Source of the DNA: a bacterium
Lineage (GTDB): Bacteria > Armatimonadota > Zipacnadia > Zipacnadales > Zipacnadaceae
Assembly (NCBI GenBank): GCA_030615605.1
Contig: JAUWYY010000006.1
Span: forward strand, 11,847 to 75,846
Reading direction: 5' to 3'
Length of the DNA: 64,000 bases
Part shown: positions 39,901 through 48,408 of the stretch, in pieces
Layout of the letters: each line of letters opens with the position of its first letter
Position numbering within the stretch: position 1 is the stretch's first letter
Notes under the pieces: model-generated
The model's database searches: none
What the model saw: only the letters and a program-made list of their open reading frames with translations
Told to the model about the DNA's origin: nothing
Made by a program: the position numbers and the translations under genes

Positions 39901-40101
39901 GTTATGAATATCTCCGGGCAGGTCATCAAGACATTGGCCATTGATGAAATAGCCGGCGCGGGTACTCATACGTTGTCGTGGAACCTGCGCAGCAACAGTG
40001 GTACAGTGGTGCCCCGCGGGATGTACCTGGTCAGGATAGAGGCTGCGGCTGAGAACGGGCAGCGCACCAGCAGGCTGTGTCAACTGAACGTAAATAGATG
40101 A
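33973..40101 (+). CDS. 2042-aa secreted acidic modular surface protein (beta-rich repeats, carboxypeptidase-regulatory-like domains, FlgD-Ig-like C-terminus)
   Basis: Signal peptide ending AHA; four SISGT(V/I)..D..G.Y domains; C-terminal VTVEVMNISGQVIKTL..WNLRSNSG..VPRGMYLVRI. Confidence 0.85.
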   Translation: MLIRHRSFAILVTVLILAASFTIAGTPSAHAASISFGYGGDGVWPQTATANSQRWFRVHLHWNATPNDQGFPAEIIDGLYLYGPSYSWRPAAPSGVSFASELYSGRGIFDAGTRYAVPGEIRLTVVASPTKVYYVPAPGTSYSPGEMAGWLLTITSGLGIGNTYNIVGNDADGGGTYLTLSGGTPLDPEVCADLEVTSNPTTTRVYYDPVVIASYYPDDTLGGLILRFTEGEAAGQEFDIVGNGSNPFGYYIDVSEDTEFPAELMQEGDVDSIDSTTQFSYSGVDFGEAALIGYTLVVTSGTALGEERMISYNTDTYIQTTTTLPTGFAAADTFAIKDIMNVCDTAEVENLLAGNDQRVHFGVVRNVKEASTGNNPKVVFTVGPFSNYHDDYLVGWIPTTLPVPALTNFMFVLNYSTRKTEGGVTFYEAEEPIEFEGTHVTVPVARRFPIQPVEELSECGELQAWYSGVGTGVDPLVTARSAAGGPTDPDNGSGSDEYAFRIRYFSGLIGPGGQFWPELRSHWWRYTTPFQEFGDEGVRGGCRYARFDRFGDGVMTSWGNNTAAWQHNQKREFPDWLPLGYEDRQVFSPHDDPYFDMTGDYIDLAGHDPTALLVVDGDYDRPHFMVPESGSTLRDGIVYKYTVRPTNYLQLFHNIFTLQFDTPHYDAWDTAYMNLTGEPTSNAYVSMRPGGHTYEFLTCRDWEPPVWGVGGAGEYDVGNFAHAGPCSLALRGQPGYNIEAVHVVNDYWDAAWYPSINLAVNLETVEMWYEDAEPGGYGYPYDSQDPTQYPKIDPVLTAHPYFEDGLLSAAERGFIWPNYYLEDLGPHSPGSLPNPFNYNPTTEPWGPLAGPTYPTPVYGGYNPGNPLDPTAKAISPFRFTNEDTIWPNYVNIHEELHPTMPFRGGKWMTDTTFVFRINYWQSDNLEPTSMQLWLRKTDEDGTPIGDWTRKAMTKVYPADITYTDGVLYYYEWDAADLPSGGGIGDYQYSFRASDGTHIAIYPNRPANDPGYIGVPPGDNDYYWFRVNTPPELSDESITELVATAAEPPQGDFRWDVTYTDDDGEVRNAGRLGDRPFKSILWIDLFGDVEGQAEVVSVAVNVITYEVDGGGGDPYAAGSLVGLQVLMESGTAEGEHFDITANTVSGSQGTITCTGLSGVAATDEFDIVDWFLAKMDETDPADTNHRDGKEYDIDTVRLGFQLTPGAHLYYYEFWDNWVYWIDWQQYFMTSDPDPIDQKVEGEIVRLPATGYLETPYTPPAPPAYSISGTVYDTDGTTPLEGATLKCYDGAFVDPDDLVDEQTTGVSGTYEFEDLPDDDYRVIPSYDSEFFDPTDEDVTVSGADETGVDFQLVATSSISGTVYDIGGSDPLEGATLKCYRTPYADPADLVDEQDSVADGTYEFEGLVDDDYRVIPSYGGYDFDPTQTDVTVSGADETGVDFELQPGDWSISGTILDTGSDPVEGVTVSTTGASDETDSSGDYLIGNLPNDDYTLTATASVGQYYTFAPDGWSQPVTISGADRTNIDFEATEQTFSVSGTVLDYEDNPVSGIVVTDGTNSDTTIGDGTYTITGVSAGLVTITAQPGGGFVFVPQNQDVTVPAPGPSDVTDVDFTGYAGVGHSYSAGLHLVGVPLYPIEGYAEDVFLTSDIWWWHPSGTVYIGTGHPNAASLLQVQPAMGFFVNYGSATDINVAGTTVPTGVPFVKNLGPAWNMIANPFDGYELPIANIQPDTGQQILPFAYIYDSSSGSYLVITDQPGIGVARNYIDEWEGAWLYACSSTGFTVEMTAGPAVAAAAAEDAVSPQALETGQSGWVVPVLAHVGNRSDLMGAIGISSIEPYSLPNPPAARNSVDLYFMGADGSQLAQSVLTPTGDTASWEFVIATDIPDSEVEVALPDLSQLPNDLIVTLTDLDADRSVYARTMPSYSFRSGEDGGVRHFRIEVAPQQAGGLAITTATAQPGGAGAVITYGVSQACNVTVEVMNISGQVIKTLAIDEIAGAGTHTLSWNLRSNSGTVVPRGMYLVRIEAAAENGQRTSRLCQLNVNR
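37762..38307 (+). repeat. Intragenic tandem duplication, period 273 nt (91 aa)
   Basis: SISGTVYD..PLEGATLKCY..DLVDEQ..GTYEFE.L.DDDYRVIPSY..FDPT..DVTVSGADETGVDF occurs twice; identical 26-mer at 37975 and 38248. Confidence 0.9.
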
Positions 40102-40151
40102 TCACGCTATGACTGCCGAGTCATATTTGATCCAAGAGGGAGTATCGGTCA

Positions 40152-40532
40152 ATGCATAACAACAAACAATGGACCATTGTGGTTGTCATCGCAGCAGTTG
40201 CCCTGACTGGTTGGTTGATTGCCGGCTGTGGTGGAGGTGGGGGTGGGCCGGCGACCGGGGTAAGCGGTAGCACTGTGATAGTAGATAACGATCCGCCCGA
40301 GCCCGCTGGCGGGGTAACCGTTACTGTTGGTGGGCAGCAATCGGTTTCTAATGATGACGGCAACTTTACTGTCACCGGTGTGCCGGCGGGAACCTGGGAG
40401 GTTGTCGTAACCTCGGCTTTTTGGGTTCCAGTGGTCGAGCCGCCCGAGGTGGTGGTCGTGGCAGGTCAGATTACGACTCTGGGTGCTCCAATACTTATGA
40501 GCAGCTTTGGTCCTCCCCCGCCCCCCTTGTAG
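40152..40532 (+). CDS. Small lipoprotein with a carboxypeptidase-regulatory-like domain
   Basis: Lipobox LIAGC then GGGGGG; GNFTVTGVPAG; poly-Pro C-terminus. Confidence 0.8.
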   Translation: MHNNKQWTIVVVIAAVALTGWLIAGCGGGGGGPATGVSGSTVIVDNDPPEPAGGVTVTVGGQQSVSNDDGNFTVTGVPAGTWEVVVTSAFWVPVVEPPEVVVVAGQITTLGAPILMSSFGPPPPPL

Positions 40533-40582
40533 GCTGATGTAGCCGGAGACAGTGGCAGCATCTGTCCAGAATGAACAACCAC

Positions 40583-40607
40583 GCGCCGCCTGCCGACTGG
40601 GCGGCGC
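40583..40607 (+). terminator. GC-rich hairpin after the lipoprotein gene
   Basis: GCGCCGCC..GGCGGCGC perfect 8-bp stem; weak U-tract. Confidence 0.3.
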
Positions 40608-40801
40608 TTGCGTGTGATATGAGCGAAGATGGCACTGTTCACAGGCCCGGCGACCCAGCAGAGTCGGTTTTCTGGGCAGGGAGAATAGCCAGATTATCTG
40701 GGGCAGCGTTGCAGGCAACAGCAAATCTGTGCTAAACTATTGTGGAAGGTGAGCAGGGCGTAGCGGGAGGTTTCTACAAGATTACCACAAGTGCTTCTGA
40801 T

Positions 40802-41458
40802 ATGGGTGATTCTGGCCGCGGTATCCTGTTGGTGGTGTCGGGGCCGTCCGGAGTAGGCAAGGGGACGGTCATTAGTGGCTTGATGGAGCGACATCCCGAC
40901 GTTGAGTTATCGGTTTCCTGCACGACCCGACAGCCACGCGCGGGCGAGAGCGGCGAGAAGGATTATCAGTTCGTCAGTGACAGCGAATTCGAACAGATGC
41001 GCCGGTCGGGGCAACTGCTGGAGTGGGCGCAGGTCCACGGTCAGCACTATTATGGCACGCCGCGTGAGCCGGCAGAGCAAGCCCTGGCCATGGGTCGAAC
41101 ACTGGTACTGGAGATTGATTATCAGGGGGCTAAGTCGATCCGCGAGCAGCTCGGCGACCAGGCGGTGCTGGTCTTTGTCGCACCGCCCTCCTGGCAGGCG
41201 CTCATCGAGCGGCTGCGCAAGCGCCATACTGAATCACCGCAGGCCATTGTAGAGCGCCTGGCCAGTGCCCGTGAGGAAATTGAAAATATGGGGATGTACG
41301 ACTATGTGGTGGTGAACGACGAGGTGGCGGAGGCAGTCCAGCAGCTATCTGGCATCCTGCTGGCGGAACAGCAGACTACAGAGCGATTCGACTGGCGGCG
41401 GCTGCGCGGTGAGCTGCTCGCTCAAGCCGATGAGTGGGAGGGTGATCGCGGCACGTAG
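40802..41458 (+). CDS. gmk: Guanylate kinase
   Basis: VSGPSGVGKGT, SCTTRQPR, LEWAQVHG.YYGT, LEIDYQG. Confidence 0.96.
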   Translation: MGDSGRGILLVVSGPSGVGKGTVISGLMERHPDVELSVSCTTRQPRAGESGEKDYQFVSDSEFEQMRRSGQLLEWAQVHGQHYYGTPREPAEQALAMGRTLVLEIDYQGAKSIREQLGDQAVLVFVAPPSWQALIERLRKRHTESPQAIVERLASAREEIENMGMYDYVVVNDEVAEAVQQLSGILLAEQQTTERFDWRRLRGELLAQADEWEGDRGT

Positions 41459-41473
41459 TGCTGCGAAGGAATT

Positions 41474-42724
41474 ATGAGTGAGGAACTGACCGGAGAATTT
41501 GACACGGCGTTGCAGGGACGGCGTATTGTCATCACCGTCACCGGAGGCATTGCCGCTTACAAGGCCTGCGAGCTTGTCAGCAGGCTGACGGGGGCTGGTG
41601 CCGAGGTGCGAGTGGTAATGACGGAAAATGCTCGCCGGTTTGTGGGCGAGGCTAGTTTTCGGGCGCTCAGCGGTCATCCTGTTTGCGGCGATATGTTCGA
41701 AGAGCCGGCCAGCGACGAGATAGCCCACATTTCTCTGGCGGAGTTCGCCGAGATCGTGGTGGTGGTGCCGGCCACAGCCAATATTCTGGGTAAGGTGGCG
41801 GGGGGCATATGCGACGATTTTGCGAGCACCGTCATCTGCGCGACGCGGGGGCCGGTGGTAATGGCGCCGGCGATGAACTGGGCAATGTGGCAGAACCCGA
41901 TCGTCCAGGGCAACTGCCAGAAGCTCCAGGAGCTGGGCTATCGCATAGTTGCCCCGGAGGTGGGTCGCCTGGCCTGCGGAGAAGAAGGCCCGGGACGCCT
42001 GGCCAGTCTAGGGACGATCCTGGCGGAAATCGCCGTGGCCCTGGATGAATCGCGCCGTGACTCGTCTCTGGCTGGTAAGCAGGTATTGATTACGGCCGGG
42101 CCGACGCGGGAGTATCTTGACCCGGTGCGCTTCATCAGTAATCCCTCTACCGGGAAGATGGGCCTGGCCCTGGCGCGAGTAGCTCTTGCGCGGGGCGCGC
42201 AGGTAACAGTAGTCAGTGGTCCCACTGAGTTAGAGCCTCCAGGACAGGCAGAGATGGTGGGCGTCGAAAGCGCCGCCGATATGCATCAGGCAGTGATGAG
42301 CCGCCTGGACGAGGTGGCCGTCTTCATTGGTGTTGCTGCGGTGGCGAATTTCGCGCCGCGCAGCCGTGCCGAGCAGAAGATAGCCAGTAGCGAGGAGGGT
42401 CTGGCGGTTGAACTGGCTCCGACGGCTCACATACTGGCGGATGTTGCTGCCAGTCCCCAGCGTCCCCAGATAGTGGTCGGCTTTGCGGCAGAAACCGAGA
42501 ACGTCATAGAAAGCGCACAACGCAAGCTGGTTGATAGGAACTTAGACCTGGTTGTGGCCAACGATCTGACTGTTCCGGGAGCCGGGTTTGGGACAGCGAC
42601 CAACGAAGTGACAATAGTGCGAGCCGATGGCACGATGCGCCAGGTAGCCAAATCGGCCAAGGAGCAGGTTGCCCAGGTAATTATTGACGAAATTGAGCAA
42701 CTGCTCGATCTTGACGAGCAGTAA
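41474..42724 (+). CDS. coaBC: Bifunctional phosphopantothenoylcysteine decarboxylase/synthase
   Basis: TGGIAAYK, PATAN, PAMN, LACG, TAGPTRE.LDPVRFISN.STGKMG, GFAAET. Confidence 0.97.
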   Translation: MSEELTGEFDTALQGRRIVITVTGGIAAYKACELVSRLTGAGAEVRVVMTENARRFVGEASFRALSGHPVCGDMFEEPASDEIAHISLAEFAEIVVVVPATANILGKVAGGICDDFASTVICATRGPVVMAPAMNWAMWQNPIVQGNCQKLQELGYRIVAPEVGRLACGEEGPGRLASLGTILAEIAVALDESRRDSSLAGKQVLITAGPTREYLDPVRFISNPSTGKMGLALARVALARGAQVTVVSGPTELEPPGQAEMVGVESAADMHQAVMSRLDEVAVFIGVAAVANFAPRSRAEQKIASSEEGLAVELAPTAHILADVAASPQRPQIVVGFAAETENVIESAQRKLVDRNLDLVVANDLTVPGAGFGTATNEVTIVRADGTMRQVAKSAKEQVAQVIIDEIEQLLDLDEQ

Positions 42725-42743
42725 CTGAAGGGAGACAAAGCAA

Positions 42744-43898
42744 TTGACTCGCAAGAGCTTCACCTTTACCTCAGAGTCAGTCACGGAGGGACATCCCGAT
42801 AAGATTTGCGACCAGATTTCCGATGCAGTATTGGACTACCTTCTGAATGAGGACCGGAATTCACGGGTGGCAGTAGAAACGTTGGTAACCACGGGGACCT
42901 GTTTGGTCACCGGTGAGATAACCACGATGGGGTATTGCCCAGTGGAGCAAGTGGTGCGCGAGACCGTGCGCGAGATCGGCTACACGCGGGCCAAGCACGG
43001 CTTTGACTACGAGACTATCGGAGTGCTGACGGCTATTCATGAACAGTCGCCGGAAATTGCTCAGGGCGTAGATATTGGGGGAGCCGGGGACCAGGGCATG
43101 ATGATCGGCTATGCTAGCAATGAGACGCCCGAATATATGCCGATGCCGATTATGCTGGCGCACAAGCTGTGCCACCGCTTAGCCAAGGTGCGCAAGACTG
43201 ACCAGCTTGACTATCTACGGCCCGATGGCAAAAGCCAGGTGACGGTTCGTTATGAAGATGACAAGCCGGTCGAGGTTGTCAAGATTCTGCTCGCTGCGCA
43301 GCATCGGCCCGATGTAGGCCAGGAGCAGCTTCGCGGCGACTTGATTGAGGCGGTGGTTCTTCCAGTCATTCCTGACGAGTTGCGCGCCGACGGTCTGGCT
43401 GACAATGTTTTTGTGAATCGCACCGGCAGTTTCAGCACGGGAGGGCCGCAGGCCGATAGTGGGCTGACCGGGCGCAAGATCATCGTTGACACCTACGGCG
43501 GTTGGGCCCGTCATGGCGGGGGTGCTTTCAGCGGCAAGGACCCCACCAAGGTGGACCGCAGCGCTGCCTATATGATGCGCTACCTGGCTAAGAATATCGT
43601 GGCTGCCGGTCTGGCTGACCGCTGCGAGGTGCATATTGCCTATGCCATCGGGGAAGTGGAGCCGTTCTCGTTCGATACATTCTGCTTTGGTACCCATAAG
43701 ATACCCGAAGAGCAGGTCACGGAGCTGGTGGCAGATAATTTTGACCTAAGCCCTAAGGGAATCATTGAACATCTCGACCTGCAACGGCCCATCTATAAAG
43801 CAACTGCCGCTTATGGCCATTTCGGTCGCGACGAGCCTGACTTCACATGGGAGCGGCTGGATGCAGTAGACCTGCTGCGGGAGAAGGCGGGACTCTGA
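42744..43898 (+). CDS. metK: S-adenosylmethionine synthetase
   Basis: [42 protein letters not shown]. Confidence 0.98.
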   Translation: MTRKSFTFTSESVTEGHPDKICDQISDAVLDYLLNEDRNSRVAVETLVTTGTCLVTGEITTMGYCPVEQVVRETVREIGYTRAKHGFDYETIGVLTAIHEQSPEIAQGVDIGGAGDQGMMIGYASNETPEYMPMPIMLAHKLCHRLAKVRKTDQLDYLRPDGKSQVTVRYEDDKPVEVVKILLAAQHRPDVGQEQLRGDLIEAVVLPVIPDELRADGLADNVFVNRTGSFSTGGPQADSGLTGRKIIVDTYGGWARHGGGAFSGKDPTKVDRSAAYMMRYLAKNIVAAGLADRCEVHIAYAIGEVEPFSFDTFCFGTHKIPEEQVTELVADNFDLSPKGIIEHLDLQRPIYKATAAYGHFGRDEPDFTWERLDAVDLLREKAGL

Positions 43899-46411
43899 AC
43901 AGCCCGAGCCAACAACAAGGCAACTTGCTTGGCTCCGACGAGACCTATGCTCAGGTTCTTATTGACCGTGCCGCCCGCGCCGTCGATCGCCCTTTCACAT
44001 ATACAATCCCATCCCGACTGGCCGAGCGCGTTGCCATCGGCAGCCGCGTGCTGGTGCCGTTCGGCCCGCAGAAGCTGGTCGCCGATGTGGTCGGGTTCAC
44101 CGACCGGGCACCTCCGGTGAAGTTGAAAAGCATCATCAAGCTGCTTGACGAACAGCCTTTGTTTGGTGCGGAGCAGCTTGATTTGGCCCGTTGGGTGGCC
44201 CAGCGCTATTGTTGTTCGTTGCGCGAGGCGCTGCGACTGGTTACGCCGCCAGGAGTCTCGCGGTCGCGGTTTACCACCATCGCGATAACTGATGAGGGTC
44301 GACAGATCCAGCCTGAACAGTTATCGCGGGCACCGCGTCAGTCGCAGATTTTAGATCTGCTTCAGGCGATAGGTGGAGAAGATAGTCTTGATAATCTGGT
44401 TCAGCAGGCTCAACAGACCGCCGGCGGTAAGCTGTCTCGTGCGGCGGTCCTGTCGGCGGTGCGCAGCCTCGAAGAGAAGGGCTTGGTGGAAAAAAGACGC
44501 GGGCTAAGGCGTCCCACCGCCAGCCGTCGCACTCAGCAAGTCGCCCGACTGTGCAATGACGATATAGATTGGGCGCAGGTGATCGAGGAACTATCGGCGA
44601 TAGCCCCGCGCCAGGCAGAGGTTGTCCGCGCCCTCATAGAATCGGACAGGCCGATACCGGTTGCTGAGCTGTCGCGTAGTACAGTGGCGGCGCTAGCTGA
44701 CAAGGGGCTGGTGCGAGTAAGCGAGCAGCGAGTGCAACGGATTCCGGATGAGCCGGGCCTGGGTAATGTTGACGCCGAGGCCTTGCGGCCCACGCAGGCT
44801 CAGCATGAGATTCTCCAGCGCGTCTGTGATGTGATGCAGGCACGCCGCTATGAGGCGCTGCTGGTGCATGGGGTGACCGCTAGCGGTAAGACCGAGGTCT
44901 ATCTGCAGGCTATCGAGGCGGCGCGGGCCGAGGGGCGCAGTGCCATCGTACTGGTGCCGGAGATCGCGCTTACTCCGCAGATGGTAGGGCGGTTTCGGGC
45001 TCGTTTCGGAGACAGTTTGGCCCTGCTGCACAGCGCGCTGAGTGCGGGCGAGCGCTACGATGAGTGGGATCGAGTGCAGCGCGGTGAGGCTGATATCGTT
45101 ATCGGTGCTCGTTCGGCAATCTTCGCTCCTTGCCAGGATCTGGGCATAGTTGTGGTTGACGAAGAGCAAGAACACGCCTACAAGCAGGAGAGTACACCCC
45201 GTTATCTGGCTACGGCAGTCGCCGCCGAGCGGGCGCGGCGCAGCAACGCGGTGCTACTGATGGGGTCGGCCACACCATCGGTGGAAGCGTATTTCCGCGC
45301 CTGCCATGAGGACGGGCTTTCCCTCATGACCCTGCCGGAGAGAATTGACAGTCGGCCGCTTCCCCCGGTGGAGATTATTGACCTGCGCACCGAGACCCTG
45401 ATGGGCAAGGGAGGCAGCTTCAGCCAGATGATGCTGGAGGCCATCGCCGACCGGCTGGAGCGTGGCGAGCAGACTATCCTGTTTTTGAATCGCCGGGGTT
45501 TTTCGACGTTTGTGATGTGTCGTGAGTGTGGCCATGTGCTGCGCTGCCCTGATTGTGCAGTATCGCTGACCTATCATCACGGCAGCCGCAGGATGCGCTG
45601 CCATCACTGCGACTACAGCCTGCCGGTGCCCGACTTGTGTCCAAACTGCGAGGGCTACGAGATCGGATTTCATGGCCTGGGTACCGAACGGGTTGCTGAC
45701 CAGGTACAGCGGGAATTCGAGGGGGCGAACGTGGCGCGGATGGATCGGGACACCGTAAGTCGCAAGGGTGCTCACGGGGATATCCTGCGTTCGTTTGCCC
45801 GGGGGGAGGCTGACATTCTGGTGGGTACGCAGATGATTGCCAAGGGGCTCGATTTAGCGAATGTGACGCTGGTGGGTGTGTTGAACGCCGATGTCGGGCT
45901 GCACACCCCCGACTTCCGCGCGGCCGAGCGGACATTCCAGTTGCTCACCCAGGTAGCGGGACGGGCGGGACGAGCGGAAAAGCCCGGCGAGGTGCTGGTG
46001 CAGACCTACAATCCCGATCACTATGCCATCGTCACGGCCCAAAAGCACGACTATGTGGCGTTCTATGAACGCGAGATCAGAGCTCGTCGTCATAACCTGT
46101 ATCCGCCCTTTGTGGAGTTGGCCAACCTTATTTTCCAGGATGAAGACGAAGATAATGCGGTGAGCACCGCGCGCAGGGCGGCGGTTTGCCTGCAGGATAT
46201 GGGGGTTTTCTTCAAGAAAGGCGATGTCCAGTTTCTGGGGCCGGCGCCCGCGCCTTTGCACAAACTGCGGGGCCGATACCGCTATCAGATGCTACTGAAG
46301 GCGGCCGATATGGAGCGATTGAATCAGACAGTTAGGGATCTGATGGAGGCTCTGGCTGATACTGGCTCCACGCAGGTAATATGCGATGTTGAACCGATGG
46401 ATATGATGTGA
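43895..46411 (+). CDS. priA: Primosomal protein N' (start uncertain, about 43895-43925)
   Basis: [20 protein letters not shown], four Cxx[17 protein letters not shown]. Confidence 0.96.
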   Translation: MNSPSQQQGNLLGSDETYAQVLIDRAARAVDRPFTYTIPSRLAERVAIGSRVLVPFGPQKLVADVVGFTDRAPPVKLKSIIKLLDEQPLFGAEQLDLARWVAQRYCCSLREALRLVTPPGVSRSRFTTIAITDEGRQIQPEQLSRAPRQSQILDLLQAIGGEDSLDNLVQQAQQTAGGKLSRAAVLSAVRSLEEKGLVEKRRGLRRPTASRRTQQVARLCNDDIDWAQVIEELSAIAPRQAEVVRALIESDRPIPVAELSRSTVAALADKGLVRVSEQRVQRIPDEPGLGNVDAEALRPTQAQHEILQRVCDVMQARRYEALLVHGVTASGKTEVYLQAIEAARAEGRSAIVLVPEIALTPQMVGRFRARFGDSLALLHSALSAGERYDEWDRVQRGEADIVIGARSAIFAPCQDLGIVVVDEEQEHAYKQESTPRYLATAVAAERARRSNAVLLMGSATPSVEAYFRACHEDGLSLMTLPERIDSRPLPPVEIIDLRTETLMGKGGSFSQMMLEAIADRLERGEQTILFLNRRGFSTFVMCRECGHVLRCPDCAVSLTYHHGSRRMRCHHCDYSLPVPDLCPNCEGYEIGFHGLGTERVADQVQREFEGANVARMDRDTVSRKGAHGDILRSFARGEADILVGTQMIAKGLDLANVTLVGVLNADVGLHTPDFRAAERTFQLLTQVAGRAGRAEKPGEVLVQTYNPDHYAIVTAQKHDYVAFYEREIRARRHNLYPPFVELANLIFQDEDEDNAVSTARRAAVCLQDMGVFFKKGDVQFLGPAPAPLHKLRGRYRYQMLLKAADMERLNQTVRDLMEALADTGSTQVICDVEPMDMM

Positions 46412-46433
46412 AGCAGTTTGTGCTGGGAAGTGA

Positions 46434-47027
46434 TTGACTGTGGCTACACCACTAATTCGGATATATGGGGACCCGGTTCTACGCACGAAGGCGAAGCAGA
46501 TTCGGCAGTTAGACGAGGCGGTCCTCAATCTGGTGGAGAAGATGGTCGCGGCAATGTGTGAAAATGAAGGTGTCGGACTGGCTGCGCCCCAGCTTGGTTC
46601 GCTGTCGCGAGTGATTGTGGTGCGGCCTGACGCCGAAGATGACACCGAGATCTTACGATTGATAAATCCTCGCATCATCGCCGCCGGCGGCAGCCAGGAG
46701 GGTATGGAGGGCTGCTTGAGCTTGCCCAGCTTGCGGGGCGAGGTCGAGCGATCCGCGCAGGTCGCAGTGGAGGCAATGACTCCCGCGGGGAAGAATATAA
46801 CGGTCGAGGCAACGGGACTGCTGGCCCGAGTCCTCGAGCACGAGATTGACCACCTTAGCAGTGTTCTGTTTGTGGACAAAGCTGCTGCCAACACGCTGTG
46901 TTGGCTGATTCCTGATTCTGATGCCGAAGAGGGTTACCGGCTGGAGGAAACCACTATTGAAGATGCCGAGCAGCGCTTCGCCCGGCTGCGGGCCAAGCGG
47001 CAGGCCAAGGGAGGAGCCCAGCAGTGA
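46434..47027 (+). CDS. def: Peptide deformylase
   Basis: GVGLAAPQ, EGCLS, HEIDH. Confidence 0.96.
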   Translation: MTVATPLIRIYGDPVLRTKAKQIRQLDEAVLNLVEKMVAAMCENEGVGLAAPQLGSLSRVIVVRPDAEDDTEILRLINPRIIAAGGSQEGMEGCLSLPSLRGEVERSAQVAVEAMTPAGKNITVEATGLLARVLEHEIDHLSSVLFVDKAAANTLCWLIPDSDAEEGYRLEETTIEDAEQRFARLRAKRQAKGGAQQ

Positions 47028-47971
47028 GGGTAGTTTTTTGGGGGACACCCAGACTGGCAGCGCAGTATCTGTCGCCTCTGGCTGACCGTCAGGAACTGGT
47101 CGGGGTAGTGACCCAGCCAGATCGGCCTAAAGGGCGAAGTCGCGCGCCAAGTGCGCCGTCGGTTAAGCAGGAGGCTGTCAGATTGGGCTGCCCGGTACTG
47201 CAGCCCGAGGATCTGCTGGAATACGATTTTGGGGAGCAGTTGCGGGAGCTGGCGGGCGACGTTTTCGTGGTGGTAGCATATGGACGCATCCTGCCGCCCA
47301 GTATCATCGAGATGCCTGGCCAGGCAGCAGTGAATGTTCATTACTCGCTGCTGCCGGAGTTGCGAGGGGCTGCGCCAGTGCACCACGCACTGATGCAGGG
47401 CTTGACAGAGACGGGTGTTACGGTGCAATATATCACTGAAGAGCTTGATGGTGGCGACATCGTCCTGCAGCAGAGCATCACTATCGAGCCTGGTGACAAT
47501 ACAGCTACACTGACTCAGCGTCTCACCGAGGTTGGCATTTGCCTGTTGCTGGAGGCACTGGATCTAATTGCTTGCGGCCAGATCACAGCGCGACCCCAGG
47601 ACCACACGGCGGCCACTTATGCGCCCTTACTGACCAAGGAGGATGGGATTATTGACTGGTGTCGGCCGGCTCGGGATATTGTCAATCAGATCCGGGCCTG
47701 CTATCCGTGGCCGGGCAGTGTCTGCTCGCTGGGTGATCGGAGGATTAAGATAACCAATGCCAGACCCGTTGTCCAGGCAGATATTAAAGAAGGAGATTGT
47801 GGGCAGATTACCGAAATTAGGCCTGAAGATGGCTTCGTGGTGCAAGCCAAGCCGGGCGGGGTGTTGGTTACACGGTTACAGCCAGCCGGGCGGCAGGAGA
47901 TGTCGGCTGCTGACTTTCTGCGGGGAGCGCGGCTGGACAAAGGCACACGGTTTGAGTCTGTTCATGTTTGA
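47024..47971 (+). CDS. fmt: Methionyl-tRNA formyltransferase
   Basis: VTQPDRPKGR, VVAYG, NVHYSLLPELRGAAP, LDGGDI. Confidence 0.97.
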   Translation: MRVVFWGTPRLAAQYLSPLADRQELVGVVTQPDRPKGRSRAPSAPSVKQEAVRLGCPVLQPEDLLEYDFGEQLRELAGDVFVVVAYGRILPPSIIEMPGQAAVNVHYSLLPELRGAAPVHHALMQGLTETGVTVQYITEELDGGDIVLQQSITIEPGDNTATLTQRLTEVGICLLLEALDLIACGQITARPQDHTAATYAPLLTKEDGIIDWCRPARDIVNQIRACYPWPGSVCSLGDRRIKITNARPVVQADIKEGDCGQITEIRPEDGFVVQAKPGGVLVTRLQPAGRQEMSAADFLRGARLDKGTRFESVHV

Positions 47972-48030
47972 GTCAACAACCCACGGCAAGCTCTGATAAA
48001 ATAGCAGATCGTTGTAATGGGGAGCTCCTT

Positions 48031-48378
48031 ATGACTCAAATGTTACAGGAAGCCGATGAGTTGCGCCGCAACGGAAAGTATGAACAGGCCCGCGAGTTGT
48101 ACCAGCAAATCGTGGCCAACCAGCCTGATGAGCCGATGGGATGGTGGGGGCTGGCGCATGTGCTGATGAACCAGGGGGATTTTGAACTGGCTGGGAAGCA
48201 TTTTCGGCGGGCTGCCAAGCTGGCGCCCAACCAGCAGCGCATAATCTACGATTGGGGAATGCTGCATACTATGCTGGGCGAATTCGATGCAGCCCGCCCG
48301 TTGTTTGAGAAGACTGTGGAGATCGATCCCAGTAGCAAGGAAGGGACAGAGGCGCAGAAGCAACTGAGCTACTACTGA
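48031..48378 (+). CDS. Small TPR-repeat protein
   Basis: About three TPR helical pairs (YEQARELY, FRRAAKLAP, FEKTVEIDP); GGGGAG RBS. Confidence 0.85.
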   Translation: MTQMLQEADELRRNGKYEQARELYQQIVANQPDEPMGWWGLAHVLMNQGDFELAGKHFRRAAKLAPNQQRIIYDWGMLHTMLGEFDAARPLFEKTVEIDPSSKEGTEAQKQLSYY

Positions 48379-48408
48379 CCAGTAACAGGCTTTGGAGTAC
48401 ACCCATAT

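Noticed and set aside
42725-42743. SAM riboswitch before metK
   Set aside because: The gap is only 19 bp
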